Shown: positions 28,048 to 38,641, counted from the stretch's first letter. The stretch is 64,000 nt of DNA from an uncultured Acidobacteriaceae bacterium (GCA_963804295.1 CAWDQS010000031.1:54139-118138), one strand, 5' to 3'. Numbers and translations: made by a program. The notes: generated from the letters alone by a model not told the origin.

Positions 28048-28331
28048 TTTCGAGATAATCCCAAAACGGGCGCGGTCCTAAATTGGCGGGCCGCTGAATA
28101 ACCGCCCATTCTCCGCCTTATTTCTACCCAAAATCACGGAAGTTTTCCACCGATCTGCTTTTTTCGCGCTCCCCCCTACACCGCCTCGCCTCCCGCCATG
28201 AAATCCTTCCCCCATATAGGTTTGCTCGCTTCTTGGTCCGTCGCGCCGCAAGCGCTTTCCACAGGTTTGCTGGGTTCTCCACAGCGCAAGTGGCTACCCT
28301 CGGACGGCCCTTCCCTTTACTCTGGATTGCC

Positions 28332-29171
28332 ATGGGTAAAATTCTCGGTCTCGTCAACCAAAAGGGCGGAGTTGGCAAGACCACCACCGCCATCAACCTG
28401 GCAGCCTGCCTCGCTCTCGAGGGCCTTAAGGTCCTCCTGGTGGACTGCGATCCCCAGGCAAACTGCTCCTCGGGTATCGGATTCCTGCGCGACGACAACC
28501 GACGTTCCATCTACGACGTACTGATGGGCGACGCCCCGGCGGAGCAGGTCATCCTGCCCACGGAGATCGATCGGCTCTCGCTGCTGCCCGGCTCCAAGAA
28601 CCTGACCGGCGCCAACATCGAGCTGGCCGCGGCCGATGATCGCGCACTTCGTTTGCGCCGCGCGCTGGCGCCGATTCAGGCAGAATACGACCTGGTGATT
28701 CTGGACTGTCCGCCGGCGCTGGACCTGCTCACCCTCAACGTACTGGCTGCGGCCGACACGTTGATCGTGCCCATGCAGGCCGAGTACTTTGCGCTGGAAG
28801 GAATCTCCGAACTCATCTCCACTCTCGAACGGGTACGCGCCGCCTACAATCCCACGCTGACCATCGAAGGCGTTCTGCTCACCATGTACGATGACCGCAC
28901 CAATCTGGCGCAGCAGGTGACCGATACGCTGCGCGAGTACTTCAAGGATCGCCTCTACCACACCGTGATTCCGCGTAATGTGCGGCTGGCCGAAGCGCCC
29001 AGCCACGGCAAGCCTGTGGCTCTTTACGATCCCCGCTCCCGCGGCACCGAGGCCTACTTCGAGATGGCCGGTGAGTTCATGGCGCGCAACGGCATCGAGA
29101 CTCCGTCGAGGAAGGAACGCGCCGCCGCCGAGTCCGTGGCCGAGGTGAGCGTTTTACCCACCTCTGGATAA
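28332..29171 (+). CDS. parA: chromosome-partitioning ATPase ParA/Soj
   Basis: It starts [24 protein letters not shown] (deviant Walker A) and contains VILDCPP. The track ORF was trimmed from 28233 to ATG 28332. Confidence 0.92.
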   Translation: MGKILGLVNQKGGVGKTTTAINLAACLALEGLKVLLVDCDPQANCSSGIGFLRDDNRRSIYDVLMGDAPAEQVILPTEIDRLSLLPGSKNLTGANIELAAADDRALRLRRALAPIQAEYDLVILDCPPALDLLTLNVLAAADTLIVPMQAEYFALEGISELISTLERVRAAYNPTLTIEGVLLTMYDDRTNLAQQVTDTLREYFKDRLYHTVIPRNVRLAEAPSHGKPVALYDPRSRGTEAYFEMAGEFMARNGIETPSRKERAAAESVAEVSVLPTSG

Positions 29172-29299
29172 CTGTGTGATTTTCCACCTTGGCCGCAAGA
29201 ATAACGACGTGCCAGGGTAGGGCAACCGGCTTTGCAAACTTCCCCAGTTCAAATCAGATTCAATCTCCGGCCACTCTTCCGGAAAGAGGACGATGAACC

Positions 29300-30202
29300 A
29301 TGAACGTAACCGCTACCGACCTGAAACGCCGCGCCCTGGGCAAGGGCCTGGACTCCCTGCTGCCGCGCGTTCCCACCGCCTCCACACCAGCCGCCATCGA
29401 GACTGAAGGGGGCAAGCCGATGGAGATCCCCATCGGGCAGATTGATCGCAATCCATTCCAGACGCGCTCCCACATGAACGACGAGCAGTTGGCCGAGCTG
29501 GCCGCATCCATCACCGCCAACGGCGTGGTGCAGCCGATCCTGGTGCGTCCGCTGGCCAACGGACGCTTCCAGTTGATCGCGGGCGAGCGGCGCTGGCGAG
29601 CCTCGGAGTTGGCCGGCAAGAAGACCGTTCCGGCAATTCTGCGTCGCGTCTCAGACGAGCAGGCGATGGAGATCACCATCGTCGAAAACCTGCAACGGAC
29701 GGACCTGAATCCGATGGAGCAGGCGCGCGCATTTGAGCGGCTTTCGCGCGAGTTTCACATGACACAGGAGCAGATGGCGGTGCGCACCGGAAAGGACCGG
29801 ACAACCGTATCTAATTTTTTGCGTTTGTTGAAGTTACCGTCGTCCGTGCAGGCGCGGGTGGAGTCCGGTGAACTGAGTTTTGGCCATGCGCGTGCGCTGC
29901 TGGCTTTTGAGCACGCAGAGGAGATGGAAAAGGCGGCGCAGCGGGTGGTGAGACATTCGCTTTCTGTTCGCCAGACAGAGGCCTACATTCAGGGGATGAT
30001 CCATCCCGAGCGCGCCGGCAAGAAAGACGAGAAGACGGAGACTCCCATTGATCCCAATGTGCGCGCGGTGCAGGAGCGGTTGCAGCGCGCCCTGGGGCTG
30101 AAGGTTCACATCGAGGACCACGACGGCCACGGCAAGGTCATCATCGAGTACGCGCGGCTGGAGGATTTCGATGGGCTGCTGGAGCAACTCGCTGGAGAGT
30201 GA
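29300..30202 (+). CDS. parB: chromosome-partitioning protein ParB/Spo0J
   Basis: It carries GLDSLLP, box II (PILVRP...LIAGERRWRAS) and an HTH (QEQMAVRTGKDRTTVSNFLRLL). Confidence 0.92.
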   Translation: MNVTATDLKRRALGKGLDSLLPRVPTASTPAAIETEGGKPMEIPIGQIDRNPFQTRSHMNDEQLAELAASITANGVVQPILVRPLANGRFQLIAGERRWRASELAGKKTVPAILRRVSDEQAMEITIVENLQRTDLNPMEQARAFERLSREFHMTQEQMAVRTGKDRTTVSNFLRLLKLPSSVQARVESGELSFGHARALLAFEHAEEMEKAAQRVVRHSLSVRQTEAYIQGMIHPERAGKKDEKTETPIDPNVRAVQERLQRALGLKVHIEDHDGHGKVIIEYARLEDFDGLLEQLAGE

Positions 30203-30743
30203 AAGAACAGGGAATAGGGATTACAAAACTCCGTCTCGGCCCAGGATAGTCTGTCTAGGTAAAGACTAGTCATCCAGACGGACGCGTTCGGCTCGTTTAG
30301 AAAAAGCTCCGGGATTAGAGCGTTTGATCCGTAGTCAAAGGATCTACTGTGATTCGGACGCATCAGCGGAATCAATCTTGCTCTCCATTAGCTCGCCTTC
30401 ACTATTTCACCGTTTCACTGAAAACCGTTGCAGATAATTACCTCTAGTTGGCGCATACTGAAAAATATAGATAAAGGCCCCCTCCGATCTGTCAGTTATC
30501 TCCCCGGTCCAAAATGTCAGACATCTCCCCGTTACGTACCGGAAGGGACTCCCACCCCCTCCCCCCTTATACCTCCCAGGGGTATGTTTCCGCATTTATC
30601 CTATTAAACTCATTGAATTCAATAGATTACATACTCATATCCACGAAATACCCTCATAAATTATGCACGAAAAGCCGCGGAACCGCGCAAAATCTATTCA
30701 CTTTTATGGAATTCAACGCACATTCTCGTAAAAACCCACAACT

Positions 30744-31721
30744 TCAGCGTTCCGCGGGAAGCGGGTTCGTGGAATCGAATTTGGCTACGTGGATTTTGCG
30801 GGCCAAGCCTATTTTGGAGAGCAGCCAGATTCCCCAATAGTTGGGGTCGATCTCGTACCAGGCCAAGCCGTGGCGCGCGGAGATGGGGTGCGCGTGGTGG
30901 TTGTTGTGCCAGCCCTCGCCGCCGGTGAGCAGCGCAACCCACCAGTTGTTGCGCGAGTCGTCGCGGGTATCAAAGCGGCGGGAACCCCAAAGATGAGTGG
31001 CAGAGTTGACCAGCCAGGTGGAGTGCAGGCCGAGGGTAACGCGCAGAAAGCCTCCCCAAAGCAACATTCCTACAGCGCTTTTCCATCCGCTGGCGAGCCA
31101 GCCGAAGCCGAAAAGGAGCACGCCGCTGACGGTGATCGGCATCCAGTGGTACTTGCTGAGCCAGACGTAAAAGCGGTTGCGCTCGAGGTCGGGAACATAG
31201 CGGGCGAGGAGCTGGGTTTGCGCGTGCAGCGCATTGCCCCAAACAATCCATCCGACATGAGCCCACCAGCCGCCTTCGCGGGGAGTGTGCGGGTCGCCCT
31301 CGCGATCGCTGCGCTGATGATGGACGCGATGAGTGGCCACCCAGAAGATGGGGCCGCCTTCCAGCGAGAGCGTGGCGCATACGGCCATCATGTATTCCAG
31401 CCACTTGGGCGCCTGATAACCGCGATGGGTCAGCAGGCGGTGGTAGCACATACCGATACCGACATTGATGGCCAGAACAGAGAGCACCAGCATCACCGTC
31501 AGCCGCTGCCAGGTGAAGAAGAAGAGCGCAGCCACGGCGCCGATATGAAAGAGGATAATCACACTGAGCGTGAGCCAGTTGATGCCCGCGGCGACGCTGG
31601 CGACACGCCCCATGCGAACTTGTGGCCGCGCGGGCGGGGCTGCGGGAATCTGCGCGGTTTGGCTGGCAGCAGAAACTTCGGAAGCCGGTACGTGAGAAGG
31701 TGCGGTTGCGACGGATGCCAT
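30744..31721 (-). CDS. acyl-CoA/acyl-lipid delta-9-type fatty acid desaturase
   Basis: The three histidine boxes are present ([23 protein letters not shown]), along with membrane helices. Confidence 0.9.
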   Translation of the reverse strand: MASVATAPSHVPASEVSAASQTAQIPAAPPARPQVRMGRVASVAAGINWLTLSVIILFHIGAVAALFFFTWQRLTVMLVLSVLAINVGIGMCYHRLLTHRGYQAPKWLEYMMAVCATLSLEGGPIFWVATHRVHHQRSDREGDPHTPREGGWWAHVGWIVWGNALHAQTQLLARYVPDLERNRFYVWLSKYHWMPITVSGVLLFGFGWLASGWKSAVGMLLWGGFLRVTLGLHSTWLVNSATHLWGSRRFDTRDDSRNNWWVALLTGGEGWHNNHHAHPISARHGLAWYEIDPNYWGIWLLSKIGLARKIHVAKFDSTNPLPAER

Positions 31722-31826
31722 AGGGGGGAAGTCCCTTGAGGGTGGCGACTAGCCCACCCATCAAGGGACATTGTATCGGAAGTGATGCTGGAAACTTGTC
31801 TGAAAGTGCACAAGAACGGGGAGAGA

Positions 31827-31847
31827 CAGCTATCAGCTAACAGCGAT
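31827..31847. repeat. CAGCNNN heptad array (3 units)
   Basis: CAGCTAT CAGCTAA CAGCGAT lies in the desaturase-bcp divergent spacer. Confidence 0.7.
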
Positions 31848-32065
31848 AAGATGCGCGGCGGGATGAGAGGGATTTTGGTTTCCCGCGCTCCTCCTTGATA
31901 TCTGTGCAGAACTTCGCGATGCCGGCGTTGAAGAGCATTTCGGCCTGACCACGGAGAGCGCGAACTGGCGCTGTGTTGCCCCGCGCAAGGATAATTTCCG
32001 CTCGTATCGAAGATAATCGAATCGGATGGACGCTTTGGACTCTCTATCTAATGAGGAGCTTCCCC

Positions 32066-32539
32066 ATGGAACTCAACAAGAAGGTCGCCAACTTTAAGCT
32101 GCAAACAGACGAGGGTATAACAGCGAGCCTGACTGATTATGCCGGCAAGCCCGTCATCCTCTTCTTTTATCCCAAGGCGGACACGCCCGGCTGCACCATT
32201 GAGGCCTGCGGATTCCGCGATACGTTCAAGAAGCTCCAGGCAGCGGGAGCGGTGGTGCTGGGCATCAGCCGTGATATGCCCAAGGCACAGGCAAAATTTC
32301 GCGCCAAGTACGAGCTGCCTTACACGCTGCTTGCCGATGTGGACGAGAAGGTGTGCAAACAGTTTGGCGTGCTAAAGGAAAAGAATATGTACGGCAAGAA
32401 GGTTTGGGGCATCGAGCGAACCACGTTTGTGATTGGCCCGGACCAGACGCTGCTGCACGTCTTTCCCAAGGTTACGCCCGCGGGCCATGCTGAAGAGGTG
32501 CTGGCACTGCTGAGTGAATGGAAAAAAGCGCACAAATAA
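32066..32539 (+). CDS. bcp: thioredoxin-dependent peroxiredoxin Bcp
   Basis: It has FFYPKADTPGCTIEAC with the peroxidatic Cys. ATG 32066 follows GAGGAG. The track ORF starts earlier, at 31973. Confidence 0.9.
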   Translation: MELNKKVANFKLQTDEGITASLTDYAGKPVILFFYPKADTPGCTIEACGFRDTFKKLQAAGAVVLGISRDMPKAQAKFRAKYELPYTLLADVDEKVCKQFGVLKEKNMYGKKVWGIERTTFVIGPDQTLLHVFPKVTPAGHAEEVLALLSEWKKAHK

Positions 32540-33210
32540 AACGTAAGAGTGGCGCGGCTGGGCGATTGCCTGGGCGGCTGCTTCCACGCGCTTTCTTTGA
32601 GGCTTCACCGGAGCGCGTGGCTCCGCACCTGCTGGGGAAGGTGCTGGCGCATAGAACAGCGGATGGTGTGCTGGCGGGCAGGATTGTCGAGGTTGAGGCT
32701 TACCTGGGGCCGCACCACAAGACGCCGGACCCGGCTGCTCACGCTTATCGCGGCCCCACGCCGCGGAACTCCGTTCTCTTTGGTCCCGCGGGTCACGCGT
32801 ACGTTTACATGATCTACGGGCGATACTTCTGCGCGAATATCACTTGCGAGACCGAGAACCGGGCAGGCTGTGTGCTGCTGCGCGCGCTGGAACCGCTGGC
32901 GGGTGTGGAGCAGATGGCGCGGAATCGAGGGCTTGCACCGGACGCGAAATCGCGGCTGCTAACCTCCGGGCCGAGCCGGCTTTGCCTGGCGATGGGGCTC
33001 ACACGTGCGGCTTATAATGAAATGGATTTACTCGACCCTGCTTCGCCGCTTCAGGTGCGCGACGATGGCTACGCGGTTTACAAAGTACTGGTAACGCCTC
33101 GCATCGGCATCCGCGAGGCGGTGGATTGGCCTCTTCGCTTTGCTGTGCAAGGAAACGCTTGTGTCTCCGGAGGAAAGAGCTTACGAGGCAGTGTGAGTAA
33201 GCAAGATTAG
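32518..33210 (+). CDS. mpg: DNA-3-methyladenine glycosylase (AAG/Mpg family)
   Basis: It carries VAPHLLGKVL, IVEVEAYLGP, DPAAHAYRG and GHAYVYMIYG. The start is uncertain because the ORF overlaps bcp by 22 nt. Confidence 0.85.
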   Translation: MEKSAQIKRKSGAAGRLPGRLLPRAFFEASPERVAPHLLGKVLAHRTADGVLAGRIVEVEAYLGPHHKTPDPAAHAYRGPTPRNSVLFGPAGHAYVYMIYGRYFCANITCETENRAGCVLLRALEPLAGVEQMARNRGLAPDAKSRLLTSGPSRLCLAMGLTRAAYNEMDLLDPASPLQVRDDGYAVYKVLVTPRIGIREAVDWPLRFAVQGNACVSGGKSLRGSVSKQD

Positions 33211-33345
33211 ACTTATGCCATCCTGCCCTAAATCACCCCAACGACGAAAACCTGTCGTTACCACCTCAAAAGCAAAGTTCGCTTCTTGGGGGCGCCGATG
33301 CCGCAAATACAAGAACTCGACGAGGGTGTATCATCCAAAGTTCTC

Positions 33346-33385
33346 AGAAAAACCAAGGGCGCTCCCGTTTGCCGAGAGCGCCCTT
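33346..33385 (-). terminator. intrinsic terminator downstream of the TPR gene
   Basis: On the minus strand a 10-bp perfect stem (AAGGGCGCTC / GAGCGCCCTT) with an 11-nt loop is followed by GGTTTTTCTG. Confidence 0.6.
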
Positions 33386-33407
33386 GACGGCGAATCAGGA
33401 AGAGCGC

Positions 33408-34583
33408 CTACTTCTTGCCGGCGGCCTGGGCGAGAATGCCTTTGGCTTCACCGGCAAATTGGCCTGAGGGGGCAAGTTTCAGGTACATCTGGTAGGCCTC
33501 GGCGCATCCAGGCGGCAGAATGTACAACTTCGTCTTGGGGTCAATGGTGGCATTCGAGACGAGTCCCTGGCCCTTGAGGTAATAGGGGATCGGCGCGGTC
33601 GGATCAGCCTTGATGGCCTCATCGGCTGCAGCCACCTGAGCGTCCGCATTGCCCACCTGGTAGAAGATCACGGCTTCGTTCTTGAAGTATAAGGCGGCCT
33701 GTGCAGGATTGATCTTGGCGGCTGCATCATAGGCCGCTGTGGCTTCGGGGATCTTGCCGGTGCGCGCATAGATCTCACCCATGCCGGAATTGGCAGCACC
33801 CTGAGTTTGAGGATTCGGCTTTTTCGACGCGGCTTCCAGATCAAGCACCTTCTTGTAGGCGACTATCGCATCGTCATACTTCTTCATGCCAAGTTGCGCC
33901 TGTCCCAACTGAGCCCAGAGAACAGAAGCGTCAGGCTTGGCCACTGTGTCCTTGAGCATGAGGGTTTCAACATCGGTAAACTTCGCGGTCTTGATCTCTG
34001 CCGCCTTGGCCTCGATATCCGCTTTGGAGGCGCCGGCGCCAAGGGCTTGTTTTGCCGCCTCGAGCGCACTGTCGGCATCCTTGAAGTCCTGGGAGACGAG
34101 CTTCAGGTCGGCGTTAAGATTCTTGATGACATCATTGGCTTTCTGGATATCGACGTTCTTCTTCTTGAGCTCCAGCAACTGCTTTTGCTGCTCGGCTGGC
34201 AGCTTGTCGACAAAATCTTTGCGGGACATGTCGAAGTCCTGAAGCACATCCTGTCCGGCTACGATCTTAATTTTTTCGAAGGAGTCTACGAACTTGTCGG
34301 GCGGCGTATCGGCCGCGCGATAGACCACCGTGTAGGTGCCGGGCGTGGCTGTGCCTTCATATGTTCCGGAGGACGAGACAGGGAAGGTGAACTTATTGGT
34401 TTTGCCGCTGTCGGTGGAAAGACTCACCGAGCCTGAGGTTCTAGCGGCTCCTTCGGGTCCGGTGATGGAGCCGTGAATGCTGCCCGTGGGTCCCTTGATC
34501 GCGGGCGTTTCTGGTGTTTGGGCAAGCACGGGCAAAAGGGCGAATGCCAGCAGGCCCAGCCAAAGTGAAATCGTGCGTTTCAT
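33408..34583 (-). CDS. secreted TPR-repeat protein with an N-terminal carboxypeptidase-regulatory-like domain
   Basis: A signal peptide precedes a beta-rich segment (GSIHGSITGPEG...GTYTVVY). It is followed by a coiled region and TPR-like repeats (YDDAIVAYKKVLDL, GKIPEATAAYDAAAKINP). Confidence 0.7.
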   Translation of the reverse strand: MKRTISLWLGLLAFALLPVLAQTPETPAIKGPTGSIHGSITGPEGAARTSGSVSLSTDSGKTNKFTFPVSSSGTYEGTATPGTYTVVYRAADTPPDKFVDSFEKIKIVAGQDVLQDFDMSRKDFVDKLPAEQQKQLLELKKKNVDIQKANDVIKNLNADLKLVSQDFKDADSALEAAKQALGAGASKADIEAKAAEIKTAKFTDVETLMLKDTVAKPDASVLWAQLGQAQLGMKKYDDAIVAYKKVLDLEAASKKPNPQTQGAANSGMGEIYARTGKIPEATAAYDAAAKINPAQAALYFKNEAVIFYQVGNADAQVAAADEAIKADPTAPIPYYLKGQGLVSNATIDPKTKLYILPPGCAEAYQMYLKLAPSGQFAGEAKGILAQAAGKK

Positions 34584-34796
34584 GTTGTTCTCCTTGGGAG
34601 CGTCGCGAGCCGGAAGGTGCGCGCGCTCAAAAAGTCAAATTTTACCGGCCCATGACCGCATGAACCTTGAGACCGGCCGCAGGCTTATGTGTGCCGTGAA
34701 AATTTTACACTGGCTTACGCCATTGTGCTCAATTGTTCATGGTAGACCGACGGCAAAGCTCTGTGTGTGGCCTGTATCACACTCTAGAATAAAACT

Positions 34797-35291
34797 ATGG
34801 CAACCACAATCCGCCCCGCAACCCGCGGGGACATTCCGCAAATACTGAGATTCATATGCGCGCTGGCGGCGTACGAGCGCGAGCCGCATGCCGTAGCAGC
34901 TACGGAAGCAGATCTGGAGCGGGACGGGTTTGGCCCTAATCCCTTTTATTTCTGTTTGATGGCCGAATATAACGGCAAGGCGACAGGCTTTGCCCTCTAT
35001 TTTTTCAACTATTCAACCTGGCTGGGGCGACCCGGGGTCTACCTGGAGGATTTGTTCGTTGAGCCGGAGTTGCGTGGGCTGGGGATCGGCAAGGCGCTGC
35101 TTGAGCGAGTGGCAGCCATCGCCGTGGAAAAGGGTTGCCAGAGATTTGAGTGGGCGGTTCTGGACTGGAATACGCTTGCTATTGAGTTCTACCGGGCGAT
35201 GGGGGCAGAGTTTATGGATGAGTGGCGGATCGTGCGAGTGACGGGGGAAGCGCTGAAGAGATTGGCGGGAGCGGAAGGACAGCAACCATGA
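34797..35291 (+). CDS. GNAT family N-acetyltransferase
   Basis: It has IRPATRGDIPQIL and a motif A region (VEPELRGLGIGKALLERV), then FYRAMGA. The stop overlaps the trmFO start (ATGA). Confidence 0.85.
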   Translation: MATTIRPATRGDIPQILRFICALAAYEREPHAVAATEADLERDGFGPNPFYFCLMAEYNGKATGFALYFFNYSTWLGRPGVYLEDLFVEPELRGLGIGKALLERVAAIAVEKGCQRFEWAVLDWNTLAIEFYRAMGAEFMDEWRIVRVTGEALKRLAGAEGQQP

Positions 35292-36721
35292 ACTTGCGCC
35301 GCGATAAACGCGAAGGCGAGCCATTGACTGCGTTCTCCGAGCAGAAGGCGGCTGCCCCACCGCGGGTGGTTCGCGTAATCGGCGGCGGACTGGCGGGACC
35401 GGAAGCGGCGTTGACCGCGGCGCGGCTGGGCTGCGAGGTGGAACTATATGAGATGCGGACGGTGGTGGACGGCAAGCCACGGCTGACGCAGGCCCACCAG
35501 ACTACGGAGTTCGGCGAGCTGGTATGTTCCAATTCGCTGAAGAGCGAATCGCCCAACACGGCGCCTTGGCTGCTGAAACAAGAGATGCGGCGCGGAGCTT
35601 CCACACTTTTGCGTTTAGCTGATGAATCAGCGGTACCAGCAGGGCACGCGCTGGCAGTGGATCGCGTGGAGTTTTCGCGGCGGATTGGCGAGGCGATTGA
35701 CGCCGAGCCGCGGATTCGTGTGATTCGCGAGGAGGTCACAACTCTGGACGAAGACGGCTCGAAGTGCACGATTTTGGCGACGGGGCCGCTGACCTCCGAA
35801 GCTCTGAGCGCGGAGATCGAGCGCATCACCGGCTCCGGCAGTTTGGCCTTTTACGATTCGATCTCGCCCATCGTCGAGACTGATTCCATCGACATGGAGC
35901 GGGTTTACATGGCCGCGCGCTGGGAAAAGGGGACGGCGGACTACATCAATTGCCCGATGGACCGCGCGGAGTTCGACCGCTTTCTGGACGCGTTGCTCGC
36001 TGCCGAGCCTGCCGAGACCAAGGTGTGGGAAAAAGCCGATTACTTTGAGGGTTGCCTGCCTATCGAGGTGTTGGCGCGGCGCGGACGTGACACGCTGCGC
36101 TTCGGTCCGATGAAACCGGTGGGATTGCGAGACCCGCGCACCGGCCGGACGCCCTGGGCGGTGGTACAACTGCGCAAGGAAAACCTACGCGCCGACAGCT
36201 ATAACCTGGTGGGCTTTCAGAATCATCTGAAATTCGGCGAACAGGCGCGGGTGCTGCGTCTGATTCCAGGTCTGGAGAATGCGCGCTTCCTTCGATATGG
36301 GCAGATTCATCGCAACACGTACATCTGCGCGCCGCTGTTGCTGGATGAGATTCTGCGCCTGAAATGCGCGCCGAGAATTCTTGTTGCGGGGCAGTTATCG
36401 GGCGTGGAGGGATACACAGAGTCAATTGCCAGCGGCTTGCTGGCAGGAATTTATGCTGCAGCATTGGCGCACGGAGAAGAACCCATGCCCGCGCCTCGCG
36501 CCTGCGCCCTTGGCTCGCTGGTACATTACATTACTCATGCCGATGCCAAGAACTTTCAGCCGGCGAACATGACCTTCGATTTGCTGGAACCACTGGAAGA
36601 AGAAGTACGCAAGAAGGTGCGGGATAAAAAGGAGCGGCACCGGATGCAATGCGAACGCGCGCTCGGGGCGTTTGATGCGTGGCGGGCAGAATCATGCGGC
36701 GTGATGGGCGCAAATTGTTAA
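35288..36721 (+). CDS. trmFO: methylenetetrahydrofolate--tRNA-(uracil-5-)-methyltransferase TrmFO
   Basis: It has an FAD-binding site (VIGGGLAGPEAAL), LVCSNSLKS, and the GQLSGVEGYTESIASGLLAG block. Confidence 0.92.
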   Translation: MNLRRDKREGEPLTAFSEQKAAAPPRVVRVIGGGLAGPEAALTAARLGCEVELYEMRTVVDGKPRLTQAHQTTEFGELVCSNSLKSESPNTAPWLLKQEMRRGASTLLRLADESAVPAGHALAVDRVEFSRRIGEAIDAEPRIRVIREEVTTLDEDGSKCTILATGPLTSEALSAEIERITGSGSLAFYDSISPIVETDSIDMERVYMAARWEKGTADYINCPMDRAEFDRFLDALLAAEPAETKVWEKADYFEGCLPIEVLARRGRDTLRFGPMKPVGLRDPRTGRTPWAVVQLRKENLRADSYNLVGFQNHLKFGEQARVLRLIPGLENARFLRYGQIHRNTYICAPLLLDEILRLKCAPRILVAGQLSGVEGYTESIASGLLAGIYAAALAHGEEPMPAPRACALGSLVHYITHADAKNFQPANMTFDLLEPLEEEVRKKVRDKKERHRMQCERALGAFDAWRAESCGVMGANC

Positions 36722-36755
36722 TCCGAAGGTTACAAATTCATGCGATAGTAACCGT

Positions 36756-37352
36756 ATGAGAATTGTCCGCCAAACCGAACAGGAACTGGTCATTCGCGAT
36801 AGCATGACCTGGCTCTCGGTGTTTTTCGCGCTGGTTTCTTCGCCGCTTCTTTATGCGGCATTCGTGCATGGAGCGAAGACCCAATTCGCCGCCGGAATTT
36901 TCCTTTTAATTGCTCTGTTTTGCCTGCGCAGGACTACCTTTGTTTTCGATGCGCGCCAGAGGATCGTTCGCTGGCATGGCATCCGGGTTCTGAAGGTCTA
37001 TTCAGGTTCAATGCCTTTCAGCGAAATTACGGAGATTGGTACCGAAACCATGCCCAGCCCACACGGACAACCTCTGTATCGTCTCACGCTCATCACGCAG
37101 CAGGGCAGGACGCCCTTGTCCGACAACTACGGAGGAGGCGGTCAACGGGTTGATAAGATACGCGAGACAATTGCAACATTCATCAAGCTGGACACAGCTT
37201 CCACGGGCGGTGACTCGGAATTGGACGCATCGATTCGCTCGCTGCTCCAGCAGGGGCGCAAGATTGACGCAATCACCCTGGTAAGGACGCGCGAAGATCT
37301 AGATCTGACGCAGGCAGTCCTTCGCGTGGAGGAAGTTGGGAAGAGGATGTAG
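36756..37352 (+). CDS. hypothetical membrane protein
   Basis: It has two N-terminal TM helices. The C-terminal helix pair (IDAITLVRTREDLDLTQAVLRVEEV) resembles an L7/L12-C-like fold. I recognise no family. Confidence 0.55.
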   Translation: MRIVRQTEQELVIRDSMTWLSVFFALVSSPLLYAAFVHGAKTQFAAGIFLLIALFCLRRTTFVFDARQRIVRWHGIRVLKVYSGSMPFSEITEIGTETMPSPHGQPLYRLTLITQQGRTPLSDNYGGGGQRVDKIRETIATFIKLDTASTGGDSELDASIRSLLQQGRKIDAITLVRTREDLDLTQAVLRVEEVGKRM

Positions 37353-37465
37353 GCAGGATTCCCTCCACAGGAACCTTTCTGGCTCCATCAGTGTCCAAGT
37401 AGTGAGGGATACCGTCGGCAGCGGATGGGCGCGGTTGCGTGTACCCTGAAGACTGGAGTATATGG

Positions 37466-38641
37466 ATGCGTTGGATTGCGATTCTGGTTGGTTCGGTGGC
37501 ACTGGCGGGGGGCGTACAAGCAGGCAGGGCGCAGGCTGCGCCGGCGAAAGTCCCTGATCGGAAGAGCGCGGCGCACCATGCAGAGCCGATGGCTCCCAAG
37601 GCACTGCTGCCGGAGTCGTTTGCCGGATGGGCGGAGACAGGCGCGGCGAAGAAGATCACCGACGCGGCACAGGCCGACAACGCCAATGCGGCGGTTCTCA
37701 AGGAGTATGAGTTTACGGATGCCACGCTGGCCAAGTACAAGCGGAGCGGCGAGACGCTGAACCTGTTGGCGCTGAGCTTTCACGACGCCAGCGGCGCCTA
37801 TGGCATGTACTCGTTTTACCGGCAGAATGGATGGCCTAAAGAGCAGATCGGCGCGGGCGCTACATCGAACAACAATCGCGTGCTTTTCTGGGTAGGTAAC
37901 ATCGTAGTCGATGCGAATTTTTCGCAGATCGGGCCCATGAGCGGCTCGGAGCTGCGCGAGTTGGCGGGGCAATTACCGCAACCGGAAGGCGGCAAAGCGC
38001 TGGCGCCTCCCGTCATGGCCTGCCTGCCGAAGGCCCAACTGGACGCGCAGACGACGCACTATGCCGTGGGGCCGAAGGGCTATGCAGGAGCAGGAGGCGT
38101 GCTGCCGGCGGAGTTGGTGGGCTTTGATCGCGGTGCGGAGGCTGTGACCGCCAGCTACACTCTGCGCACGGGGCCGGCCACGCTGACCATCATTGACTAT
38201 CCCACTCCGCAACTGGCGGCGGCGCAAGAGAAGACGATTCGCGAGTTCATCAATGCATGCAAGCGAGCGGACAAGCAGGCGCAGTTAGCTTGGCCTAAGC
38301 CACTGCAGGATTCCGGCCTGGCAGCGCTGGAGGTGCGGCGCAGCGGGCCGCTGGTGGCGCTGGTGAGCGGGAACGCCTTTACCGACGATAGTCACAAACT
38401 GCTAGCCTCGGTGCACTACGAGTCGGAGCTGACGTCGCTACAACAGCCGACTGAGTCCGAGATACTGAAAACCGGAAAGCTGCTGTGGGGGATCACAATC
38501 CTTGTGCTGATCGGCTGCGGCGTGTCGCTTTTACTGGCTATTTTCGTGGGAGGCTTCCGGGTGCTCTACCGCCTGGCGCGCGGCAAACCGGTTTCCTCGG
38601 TCTACGATATCGAGTTCATCAGCCTGAATCTTCGGGAGTGA
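37466..38641 (+). CDS. hypothetical secreted protein with a C-terminal TM anchor
   Basis: It has a signal peptide (MRWIAILVGSVALAGGVQAGRAQA) and a C-terminal TM helix (LLWGITILVLIGCGVSLLLAIFVGGF). The track start at 37439 is an alternative. Confidence 0.6.
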   Translation: MRWIAILVGSVALAGGVQAGRAQAAPAKVPDRKSAAHHAEPMAPKALLPESFAGWAETGAAKKITDAAQADNANAAVLKEYEFTDATLAKYKRSGETLNLLALSFHDASGAYGMYSFYRQNGWPKEQIGAGATSNNNRVLFWVGNIVVDANFSQIGPMSGSELRELAGQLPQPEGGKALAPPVMACLPKAQLDAQTTHYAVGPKGYAGAGGVLPAELVGFDRGAEAVTASYTLRTGPATLTIIDYPTPQLAAAQEKTIREFINACKRADKQAQLAWPKPLQDSGLAALEVRRSGPLVALVSGNAFTDDSHKLLASVHYESELTSLQQPTESEILKTGKLLWGITILVLIGCGVSLLLAIFVGGFRVLYRLARGKPVSSVYDIEFISLNLRE

